Part shown: one piece after another, positions 10,281-19,754 of the stretch
Layout: every line of letters starts with the position of its first letter
Numbering within the stretch: position 1 is the stretch's first letter
Assembly (NCBI GenBank): GCA_963704035.1
Contig: CAVPGR010000004.1
Span: forward strand, 1,439,138 to 1,503,137
From: an uncultured Actinomycetes bacterium
Lineage (GTDB): Bacteria; Actinomycetota; Acidimicrobiia; IMCC26256; JAOSJL01
DNA length: 64,000 nt
Direction: 5' to 3'
Program-made: the position numbers and the translations under genes
Notes under the pieces: generated by a model
Databases searched by the model: none
What the model saw: the letters and a program-made list of their open reading frames with translations, nothing else
What the model was told of the DNA's origin: nothing

Positions 10281-10380
10281 GCGTACCCCCTCGGGGATCC
10301 CGACATCGACACTAGCCTGGGGCCCGCGGCTGTGATCGAATGGGCGCGCGGTGGGGCGTGTGGGACATCGTCAGCGGCCC

Positions 10381-11130
10381 CTACGAGCCGACTGTCGACG
10401 CGATTCTCCCCGTGTCTCCCTGATCGACGGTTCTTGTCAGAAGGCGCATGGTCGCGGCCACCTTCTCTGTTGGGCCCCGGATCTCCAGGAGTCCCTTCGC
10501 CTCTGCGTCGTCGAGGTCGATGTCGCCACGGCGGATCCAGAGGAGTGCAGCCAGCGACGAGCGCACGAGGACGTCGGAGCGAGCCTCGTCCTCGCCGTCG
10601 TCCTGCGCGGAGGTGACTTCCATGCGATCCCTGGGTGGAACGCGCTTTCCCGGCGGCGACTCGGATGACACCGACAGCACGAACGAGCCCTCGTCCATGA
10701 CGAACGTGATGGTGAGTTCCTCGCCGGTGAGCTCCTCGGTGCGTACGAGCGCCCTCAGCGCGAGCGGGATGTGCCCAGGGTTCAGCGGTTCGTCCTCGGT
10801 GGGGACGTCGAGATAGGGGAGCCCGAATCGTGCGATCTCCGCCAGGACGGACTCGAGTTCGTGTCCTCGCGCGGTGAGCTCGTACACCGTGCGGGCGGCG
10901 GGCGGAGGCAGTACCGCGCGACCGACGATTTCGGCTGCTTCGAGCTCGCGCAGACGCTGGGCGAGGAGATTCGACCCCATGCCGGGGAGGGTGGCCTTCA
11001 GATCCGTGTAGCGCTTCGCTCCCGTGAGCAGCTCGCGCACGATGAGAAGTGTCCAGCGGTCGCCCACGACGTCCAAGGTTCGGGCGACCGGACAGAACTG
11101 GGCGTACGAGCGTTTCACCACGGTACCCAT
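10381..11130 (-). CDS. HxlR-family winged-helix regulator with C-terminal SCP2-like domain
   Basis: YAQFCPVARTLDVVGDRWTLLIVRELL; YELTARG; true start about 11130 (ORF-track extension overlaps the VOC gene). Confidence 0.88.
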   Translation of the reverse strand: MGTVVKRSYAQFCPVARTLDVVGDRWTLLIVRELLTGAKRYTDLKATLPGMGSNLLAQRLRELEAAEIVGRAVLPPPAARTVYELTARGHELESVLAEIARFGLPYLDVPTEDEPLNPGHIPLALRALVRTEELTGEELTITFVMDEGSFVLSVSSESPPGKRVPPRDRMEVTSAQDDGEDEARSDVLVRSSLAALLWIRRGDIDLDDAEAKGLLEIRGPTEKVAATMRLLTRTVDQGDTGRIASTVGS

Positions 11131-11208
11131 TGTATACGTTTTCAGTATTGACAGCTTTAAGAATCGATAGTAGGTATCTTCCCCCGGCGACCCGAAGGAA
11201 GAGGAGCC
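11131..11208. promoter_or_regulatory. AT-rich divergent promoter region
   Basis: TTGACA at 11148-11153; imperfect -10; GAGGAG RBS before ATG 11209. Confidence 0.5.
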
Positions 11209-11992
11209 ATGCCCGAACGAAACGCTTACGCACCCGGAACCCCGTCGTACGTCGACCTCTCCACCACCGACCCCGACGCAGCGCGTTCGTTCTACGGCGC
11301 GCTCTTCGGGTGGGACTTCGAGATCGACCCGAGCCCCGAGGCCGGCGGGTACGCCGCCGCTCAGAAGAACGGCAAGCACGTCGCCGGCGTCTTCCAGCAG
11401 CAGAAGGAACACGCCGACATGGGCATGCCGCCCGCGTGGAACACGTACGTGACGGTCGAGAACGTGGACGCGATGCCCGACAAGGTGACGGCGGCCGGAG
11501 GTCAGGTGCTGGCGCCGCCGTTCGACGTGATGGGCGCAGGGCGCATGTCGGTGATCATGGATCCGACCGGCGCCGCGATCGCCCTCTGGCAGAAGAAGGA
11601 GGCGATCGGTTGCGAGCTCGTGAACGAGCACGGCACCTTCACCTGGGCCGAGCTGATGACGCCCGACGTCGACAAGGCCGTCGAGCTTCTACGGCGACGT
11701 GTTCGGTTGGAATACGAGGCGAGATGGACATGGGTGAGTTCACGTACACGGTGCTTCAGAACAACGGCGAGGACATCGCCGGTGCGATGCCGCCACCGAT
11801 GGACGGCATGCCGACGTTCTGGACGGTCTACTTCGCGGTCGACGACTGCGACGGCACGGTCGAGACGGCCAAGTCGAACGGAGCGACCGGCTCGCCGAGC
11901 CGATGGACACGCCTCCCGGGCGCATGGCCCCGCTCATGGATCCGCAGGGAGCGGCGTTCCAGGTCATCAAGCTGGCGCACCCGGCGTCGTAG
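11209..11992 (+). CDS. Two-domain VOC/glyoxalase protein (CFP32/Rv0577-like), frameshifts near 11690 and 11890
   Basis: PGTPSYVDL, FYGALFGW, PPAWNTY, DPTGA, then PTFWTVYFAVDD and DPQGAAFQVI in shifted frames. Confidence 0.85.
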
Positions 11993-12177
11993 ACCCGAGA
12001 CGAGATCAGCGACGCAGGTATCCTGCGGCGCCCGAGGCGAGGCAAGGGAACCCGAGACGAGATCAGCGACGCAGGTATCCTGCGGCGCCCGAGGCGAGGC
12101 AAGGGAACCCGAGACGAGGATCAGCGACGCAGGTATCCTGCGGCGCCCGAGGCGAGGCAAGGGAACCCGAGACGAGG
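11993..12177 (+). repeat. 57-bp intergenic tandem repeat x3.2 with internal palindrome
   Basis: Units start at 11993, 12050, 12107 and 12165; each full unit contains CGCAGG-TAT-CCTGCG. Confidence 0.95.
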
Positions 12178-12187
12178 AAAGCGCATC

Positions 12188-12883
12188 ATGGGAACTGACG
12201 CCGACGCCTACGACCGTTCGCGCCGACGTGTGGACGCGCTTGTTCGGGATCTGGGTGCGGACGCTTTGGCCACGCCGGTGCGGGCATGTCCGGGGTGGTC
12301 GGTCGCCGACCTCGTGGCGCATCTGTCGGCCATCACCGTGGACGTGGCCAACGGCAACATCGACGGTGTCGGAACCGACGCGTACACGGCACGGCAGGTC
12401 GCCGAACGTGCCGACCAGCCGATCGCGCTCACGCTCGACCAGTGGGCCGAGCACGCGCCGGCTCTCACCGGCGCCTTCGAGGGTTTTCCCTTCGAGATGG
12501 CCGCCGGACCCGCCGTGGGCGACCTCTACACACACGAGCTCGACCTGCGATTCGCACTGGGGGAGGAGGTCGTGGTCGACGACGACGCCGTCGCCACGAC
12601 GCTTCGGTACTACGCCGACGCGCTCGGCAAGAGACTGACCGGGGCGAACAAGCCGGCACTGCGGATCCGTGCCGGCGGAGACGAGTACCTCGTGGGTGAG
12701 GGTGAGCCCGCTGCGACCGTGAGCGCGGATCCGATCCCGGCCATTCGGGCGCTCACCGGTCGACGCACACTCGACCAGATCCGCGAGTTGGACTGGGACG
12801 GTGATGCGGAGGTCTATCTCGAGGTGTTCTCCGACTACGGCTATGCGGCCGAGCAGATCGAGGACGACTCCGGTGGCCGATGA
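12188..12883 (+). CDS. Mycothiol-dependent maleylpyruvate isomerase-like (MDMPI/DinB superfamily) protein
   Basis: ACPGWSVADLVAHL and DLYTHELDLR metal-binding motifs. Confidence 0.88.
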   Translation: MGTDADAYDRSRRRVDALVRDLGADALATPVRACPGWSVADLVAHLSAITVDVANGNIDGVGTDAYTARQVAERADQPIALTLDQWAEHAPALTGAFEGFPFEMAAGPAVGDLYTHELDLRFALGEEVVVDDDAVATTLRYYADALGKRLTGANKPALRIRAGGDEYLVGEGEPAATVSADPIPAIRALTGRRTLDQIRELDWDGDAEVYLEVFSDYGYAAEQIEDDSGGR

Positions 12884-12998
12884 CCGCGGTGCTGACGACA
12901 GGGGTGCTGATGACCGCGGTCGGGCCGGCCCGGGTTCTAGCCTGAACGGAAATCCCGCCGATCGATCGCGGGAAGAGGTCCGACCCGGAGGAGCGCGC

Positions 12999-13503
12999 AT
13001 GCGCCGGCACAGGTTTCTGATTCTGATCGTCGTGGCACTCGTGGCGTTCGCCGCATGCAGCAGCGATGACAGCAGTGGTGACGGACAGCAATGATGGCGG
13101 CGACACCACGACGACGTCGGTCGGCTCCGATTCGGGGACGACCGATCCCACCTCGCTCACCGTGGAAGTCACCGATAACGCGGAGTTCGGTGAGATTCTC
13201 GCCACGAGTGAGGGCTTCACCCTCTACGCCTTCACGCCCGACCAGCCGGCCGGCGAGCCCACGTGTGTCGACGCGTGCGCCTCGACGTGGCCGCCGTTCG
13301 CCGATAACGGAAACAACGCGCCGGAGCCGTGGGGCGGCGCCGACTTCGGAAGCGTCGACAACCCCGATGGATCCGTCCAGGTCACCTACAAGGGTCTGCC
13401 CCTCTACACGTACACGGGCGACAGCTCGCCGGGCGACACCAACGGCCAGGGTGTCGGCGGCACGTGGTTCGTCGTCAGCCAGGACGGCATCAACGAGGGC
13501 TGA
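12999..13503 (+). CDS. Secreted lipoprotein with Lipoprotein_15-type (Yx[FWY]xxD) repeats, frameshift near 13090
   Basis: Lipobox FAAC; GFTLYAFTPD, CxxxCxxxWPP, QVTYKGLPLYTYTGD, GQGVGGTW. Confidence 0.85.
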
Positions 13504-13532
13504 TTGTCCCCAACGACGCGGCGCCCAGGGAT

Positions 13533-14228
13533 CTACGGCCCCTCAATGGTCCGAGTGAACTCGAGGTAGCTCTCGTCGGCCGCTGCACAGTGCGCCCTCG
13601 CGTCGTTGGCCGTCGGGATCAGGTACGAAACGCTCTGGTTGTAGGTGAACGCATCGAGGACTCCGTTGAGCAGCGTGTCGAGGTCCGCGAGGCAGAACTG
13701 CGACTTGTCGGCTGCATCCGCCGCGAGAATCGCCAAGGCAGCGGCGATGGCCCGCTCTGCTTGGGCCGCGGCGTGCTCTCCCCGGGCGGCGTCGCGCTCA
13801 CCTTCGACGATTTCGCGTTCGCCCTCCAGAGCTGCCTTCTCACTGGCGAGGCCTTCGACTCGTCCTTCGAGTCCAGCGACGTGTTCTTCGGACGTCGTCA
13901 GCTGGGCATTGAGATCAAGGTTCTCGGACTCTGCAGCCAGCGCCCGCCCCTTCCATTCTCTGCCCCGCTCGTTGATCCTGAAGGAGAAGGCGCCACCGGC
14001 GACCATTCCGATGCTGAGAACCGAGACGGCGACGATCCACGGCCAACGGCGCCATTGCCGGAGTTCAGGTGGCGAGGGTTCCAGGACCGTTTCGCCGGGA
14101 GGATCTTCGAATGGCGGATCTTCGAGTGGCGGCTCGAGAGACCCCGACCAGGTCGGTGCCCACGGGTCGTCGTCACTCGCGATCGGTGGTTCCCACGGTG
14201 GTGGGGTGTCGGGCGGATGGGGTTCCAT
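13533..14228 (-). CDS. Membrane-anchored coiled-coil hypothetical protein
   Basis: Pro-rich N-terminus, one TM helix, heptad-like Ala/Glu region, two Cys. Confidence 0.65.
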   Translation of the reverse strand: MEPHPPDTPPPWEPPIASDDDPWAPTWSGSLEPPLEDPPFEDPPGETVLEPSPPELRQWRRWPWIVAVSVLSIGMVAGGAFSFRINERGREWKGRALAAESENLDLNAQLTTSEEHVAGLEGRVEGLASEKAALEGEREIVEGERDAARGEHAAAQAERAIAAALAILAADAADKSQFCLADLDTLLNGVLDAFTYNQSVSYLIPTANDARAHCAAADESYLEFTRTIEGP

Positions 14229-14353
14229 CGTCGGGCCTCCGCAACGGGGCGATTCACCATTATGCACCACAAATGGGGCAGCATGTCCGGGGAGGTTTCG
14301 GCTGACGCTGCTGGGTACTCAAGACCCCGACTGGCCCCGTCGATGGCTGGGAC

Positions 14354-15161
14354 TTGCCCGGTTTCACACGTCGCGCCCGACCCGTGGCGCTCGCACTTGC
14401 CGTGCTCCTGCTCTGCGCAGCGTGCGGCATCGCCCGCACCGTTCCGGCGGTGCAGGCCGTGGCGTCGCGTCCTGACAACGCGACGGTCCTGCTCTTCGGC
14501 GACTCACTGTTGCATCAGGCCGCGCCCGAGATCGCCTTGCAGGCCGAGGCCAACGTCCTGCCCGTCGACGTCGTCGACAAGTCGCAGAACGGAGCGGGGC
14601 TCCTGACGACCTACGGGTTCGACGCAGCACCTCGCGACATTCTTCAGGCGCATCTCGCGGAGTTCGAACCCGACTACGTCGTGGTCGAGTTCTCGGGCAA
14701 CCACTGGTTCGCGGACATCCTGCCGGGATACGAGGATCTCGAGTACGGCTCGGAGGAGTGGTTCGCCGCCTGGTGGGAGAACTACGACCTGATCGTGGCG
14801 GACATCGTCGCGGCGGGTGCTACGCCCCTGACCGTGATTCCGCCCCCGTACGGACCGCTCAGCCCCGGCGAAGTGACCCGCACCACCCTGGCCGAGGACT
14901 ACCCGGGCGCGGCCGCGGCACACGGAAGTCCGGCGATCGACTGGTGGGAGGCGCTCGCCTCGAAGGACTGCATCGTCTGGATCGCGAAACCCAGCGGCGG
15001 TCTGAAGAGCATGCCGCTGTGTTACGCCGACGAACTCGACGGATCCCGAGGCCGGCGCCATCGAGACCGTGCGTGCGGCCGACATGCTCCACATGAGCGA
15101 GGCGGGTGCCCAGCGAGCGGCCCTCTGGACGGTGGCGGTACTCAGCGACCTCCTCGCCTGA
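14354..15161 (+). CDS. SGNH/GDSL hydrolase lipoprotein, frameshift near 15045
   Basis: FGDSL block I, FSGN block III, DMLH (DxxH) in the shifted frame. Confidence 0.75.
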
Positions 15162-15365
15162 GGTATTCCGCAACCCACGGTTCCGCTGTGATGATGGTGG
15201 GCACCATCAGATCCTGAGACTCAGCGATGTCCATCGCTGGAGTCAAGCGCGGCCCAGTTGTTGGGAGGAAGAATCGAGGACGCCGTCATCGCCGCCGCGC
15301 ATCAAGATGACGACGGGTATCGTCACGGCGGCGATCTGCCGAACTCGAGAGTGCGAGGGTGCTCG

Positions 15366-16283
15366 ATGAGCCTGGATCTCGATCGGGATCTGCTGCTTCG
15401 AAATGCAGCCTTTCAGAGGCTCGAGGAGCTTTCACGGACCTACTCCGACTTGTTGCCATGGTCAGTTCTGAGTCAGGGATTTCCGTTTCGCGGTGACCAC
15501 GTTCGGTTCCTCGGCCCTCGGGGGATCTTCAAGCCGGCGCAGATGGATCTGCCGCTTTCAATCACAACGGCGCCGGAGAAGCCGGGACGCCCCCGCCCTT
15601 ATGACGACGAGCTGGGTCCCGATGGGTTCCTGCGTTATCGATATCAGGGAACGGACCCAAGAAGCGCTGACAACGAGAAGCTTCGCAAGTGTTTCGTTGA
15701 AGGGTTGCCGCTCATCTACTTCCATGGGGTGGCCAGCGGGTCCTATCAAGCCCTGTGGCCGGCGTTCATTCACGGTGACGATCCGGGCTCGCTGACGTTC
15801 GTGGTTGCAGTTGATGATCCCCAGCTACTCGACGAGACGCTCGCGACAAGCACGGTGGACGAGGCGCGGCGTGCCTATACAACCCGCCTGGCGGTTCAGC
15901 GGCTCCACCAGACCGCGTTCCGATACAAGGTCCTCGCCGCGTATCGAACCACCTGCGCGATATGTCGATTGCGGAATCACCCCGAGTTGCTCGACGCTGC
16001 CCACATCCTCTCCGACAGCCGAGGCGGAGAACCAGTGGTGCCGAACGGACTTGCGCTCTGCAAGATCCATCACGCAGCCTTCGACGGCAACGTCGTGGGA
16101 ATCCGGCCAGATCTTGTCGTCCAGGTCAACGATGACGTCCTGGCCGAGATCGATGGTCCGATGCTGCGGTACGGCCTTCAAGGAATGCATGACGCGAAGC
16201 TGATCGTTCCTCGCAGCGCTTCCGATCGACCGGATCGAAACCTGCTGGAAGAGCGTTACGAGGAGTTTCGGCAAGCGAGCTGA
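15366..16283 (+). CDS. HNH endonuclease with N-terminal SRA/PUA-like domain (putative modification-dependent restriction enzyme)
   Basis: CAIC...LDAAHI...NGLALCKIHHAAFD; N-terminal PYDD...YRYQG...DN...PLIYF resembles SRA-like domains. Confidence 0.8.
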   Translation: MSLDLDRDLLLRNAAFQRLEELSRTYSDLLPWSVLSQGFPFRGDHVRFLGPRGIFKPAQMDLPLSITTAPEKPGRPRPYDDELGPDGFLRYRYQGTDPRSADNEKLRKCFVEGLPLIYFHGVASGSYQALWPAFIHGDDPGSLTFVVAVDDPQLLDETLATSTVDEARRAYTTRLAVQRLHQTAFRYKVLAAYRTTCAICRLRNHPELLDAAHILSDSRGGEPVVPNGLALCKIHHAAFDGNVVGIRPDLVVQVNDDVLAEIDGPMLRYGLQGMHDAKLIVPRSASDRPDRNLLEERYEEFRQAS

Positions 16284-16289
16284 CGGCGG

Positions 16290-19200
16290 CTACAGCGCCG
16301 CTTGGACCTCTTCGAGCGCGCTTCCGAGGTCATCTACCGACCGCACTTCGGCGCCGGTTTCGCCGAGGAACAGGAATTCGCAGCGGGTGACGGGTTGGCC
16401 GGTGGCCCGGGAGACGGCCAGGACGTAGCTGGCACCCTGGAGACGGTAGCGCTCGAGCTTGTTGTCGAGATCCTCGTCGGTGCGCCACGCGTCGGTCTTG
16501 TAGTCGACGACCACCAGGCCGTCGTCGCTTCGGTAGATCAGATCCACATATCCCTCGAGGATGCGGTCGCCGACCGGTGTCGCCACGTAGGTCTCACGCC
16601 AGAAGTCGCCCTGCACCGCTTCCTGCACGGTGTCGCTGTCGAGCGCGGAACGCGCCAGGGCGGCGATGCGGCCTTCGTGTCCGATGACTCCCTCGGCGGC
16701 CGCCTGTGCGGCGGCGGTCTCGTCGAGACCGTCGCCGGTGCGGAGGTCGATCGTCTGGAGGACGGCGTGCACGGCGCGACCGATCGCGGTGCCGTAGCGG
16801 CCCTTCATCCACGGTGGGAGCTCCAGATCACGGGCGTTCTTCTTCGAGGCCGGGGTCGTCGTCGGCTCCCTCAGCTTCCTCGGCTGATTCTTCGGCACGC
16901 TCGCTTCACGCTTCGCGTCGGCCTCGCGGCGCTCGCGTTCTTCGGCGGCCGTCGGGCGACCGTCGTCGCCGCGATCGTGCGCGACACGGACCCACGCTCG
17001 AGGATCTCGTGCAGCTCCGGCCTCCCACTCGTCACGACCTGCCAGGGCGCCATCACCGTCGCGGCGGGCTGCGAGGGCAGGTGCGGTCGTGACGCCTCCA
17101 CCAACTCTTCTCGCGTGTGGTGCATTTTCGCAACCCGGCGTGCATCAAGAGTTCGGCGTTCGTCGACCGCTCGATCGCCGGCTTCTTGTCGCGATCCTTG
17201 CGGTGCAGCGACACGACGAGGTGATCGCGAGCGCGGGTCGCACCGACGTAGAGCAGCCGAAGCTTCTCGTGGAAGTTCATCTGTTCGTCGATCGGTTGGA
17301 ACTTCTCGAACTCGTCGGTCTTCACGTCGCTCGTGAGCTTCAGCCCGTAGTCGCCATTGTGCGGCCACGTGACCTGGACGCCCCCGCTGTCGGTTCATCG
17401 GCCGCGTGCTCATCCCCGAGAGAATCGTGATCGGGAACTCCAGGCCCTTCGCTCCGTGGATCGTGAGGATCCGCACCGAGTCGTCGTCGGTCTCGGGAAG
17501 CACCGTCTCGGTGACCCGCGCGCCCTCGTCGCTCTGGAGGCGTGTCCACTCCAGGAACTCCCGCACGCCCCCGCCCTGGGCGTCGCCGAAGGCCCGCGCC
17601 TGGTCGACGACGAAGCGCACCCGTCGCCACAGGTCGCGCGGCCGACCCTGCGCGAAGCCCGAGCTCGAGGAGCCGCCGGTCGCGCACGATCCGGGCCAGC
17701 AGCTCGCTCGGGGGAGTCCACGCGCGCGGTTCGTGGAGCGTCGGCCAGGTACCGCATGGCCTCGACCGACGGGATGGTCGTCGGGCAGGCGTCGGGCAGG
17801 CGGCGCCTGGTGGTTCCAGGACCCGCCGAAGTCCGTGGCGGAACGTGAAGAGGTCGTCGTCACCGCACCCGAGAACGGGCGACCGCAACGCCGTGACGAG
17901 CGACAGCTCGTCGGTGGGGTCGTCGACGGCCCGGAGCACCAGCGAGCAGGTCGCGGATCTCGCGGGTCGCGTACACGAGCGACGACGACTCGGCCCGGTA
18001 CGGGATGCCGGCGTCGTCCAACGCCGTCTCGAGGTGCGGGCAGCGACGTGCGGGTCGGGAGCAGGATCGTGATGTCGCCGAGGCGCGCCGGGCGCCACCG
18101 CTCGTCGCCGTTCGTCGTCGACCCCGGCGTCGACCGACCAGCCGTCGCAGATCGGCGGCACGGACCGCCGCGACGACGTCGGCCGCCTCGAGCTCGCGCA
18201 GATCGGCGGCGTTCGAGCTTGCTGTCGTGTTCGTCGACGCCGAGCAGCGTGACGGGCGGACCCGACCGGGGCCGCGTCGCGCCGGGGCTCCAGCGCTTCG
18301 TACTCGGGCTGCGAGCTCCCGGCGGGCTCGATGAGGTCGCCGAACGTCGCGTTGACCCACTCGATGATCGGAGCCGTCGTGCGCCAGTTGCGTCGTGAGC
18401 GACAGCCGCCGTCCGCCGAGCGAGTCGCGGGCCTCGAGGAACATCGCGATGTCGGCACGGCGGAACCGGTAGATCGACTGCTTCGGGATCGCCGACGACG
18501 AAGAGGCGGCCCGGCTCGACCTCGACGTCCGACCAGGGCTTCGAGCCCGGCGTCCGGGTCGGTCGACGCCAGGAGCACCGCGAGGTCGATCTGGATCGGG
18601 TCGGTGTCCTGGAACTCGTCGAGCAGGAGGCGCGTGGTAGCGCCGCCGCAGCCGCTGACGCACGCTCCGACCCGTGGTCGGGGTCACGCAGGAGCCGTCG
18701 GGCGAGCACCAGGAGGTCGTGGAACTCGAGGCGACCGCTGCGGCGTCGCTCCTCGGCCTCGTCGAGCGTGAAGCGTGCGATCTCGGCGGCGAGGCGGCGC
18801 ACCGCGCGCACGGCGATGGCGTCGAGCGACCTCGCTGCGACCGACTCGGCCTCACGGCCGCGAGGTCGTCGCGGAGATCATCGATGTCGACGCCGCCCTT
18901 CTCCCAGTTGGCCTTCTGGCCGGCCTTCTTGCAGAACTTCGGTGGGTCGGAGAGCAGGCGCACGGTCTCGAGCTCGTCGTCGTCAGCGACGGCAGCACCG
19001 ACCCGCGCACACCATGCGACGATCTCGTCGAGGTGCTCGAACCATCTTGTCGTCCTCGGCCGGCGCAGACGTCGGCGCACCTCGCAGAGCTCGGCCACAC
19101 GGTCGATCAGCGCGGACGAGATCGATCTCGGGCGGGTCGGGTTCGTCGCGGGGCACGCGCTCGTCGACGAGGTCCCAGTTGGCGTTGAACTGCGACGCCA

Positions 19201-19754
19201 CGTCGCGACAGCCGCTCGATCGTCACGCCGCCTGCGAGCGACGAGCAGCAGCGCCGCGTTCGACGGACGGGTCTTCCAACAGCCGGTCGACGAAGCGTCT
19301 CCACCGCTCGTCGAAATCGACCTGGGAGCGATCTCGTCGAGCACCTCCACACCGGGGGGTAGTCCGGCCTCGATCGGGTGCTCGGTGAGGAGCCGTTGCG
19401 CGAACGCATGCAGCGTCGAGATCGCGGCGGAGTCGACCTCGTCGAGCGCCTCCGCTGCACCGCTCCCGGAACTGCTCCGACCGTCGAGCGGGTCGGCGGC
19501 GGCCAGCTCGAGCTCCTTGCGGATCCGATCGCGAAGTTCCGCGGCCGCCTTCTCGGTGAAGGTGATCGCGGCGATGTGGCGCATCGGGACGCGAACGGTG
19601 TCGTCGTCCGCGGTGATCAGCGCCACGACGCGGTCGACGAGCGACTTCGTCTTGCCGGATCCTGCGCCGGCCTCGGCGAACAGCGTGTCGGCGAGCAGCG
19701 TGCCGATCGCCTCGCGTGCCGCGCGTCGTCGTCGATGAGGACGGGCTCACCCAT
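16290..19754 (-). CDS. UvrD-family helicase with C-terminal RecB-like nuclease (AddA/AdnB-like); many frameshifts
   Basis: Fragments: EAGAGSGKT, AITFTEKAAAELRDRI, STLHAFA, DEFQDT, KQSIYRFRRAD, ILTIHGAKGLEFP, RLLYVGATRARD, GYVDL...VVDYKT. Confidence 0.88.

Noticed and set aside
11131-11631. 416-aa extended version of the HxlR regulator, and likewise the 671-aa hydrolase ORF 25661..27676
   Set aside because: The extensions are antisense to real genes (VOC, kup); homology starts at the downstream ATG.
11993-12177. Palindromic repeats as a CRISPR array
   Set aside because: Units are contiguous and identical with no unique spacers, and there are no cas genes in the window.
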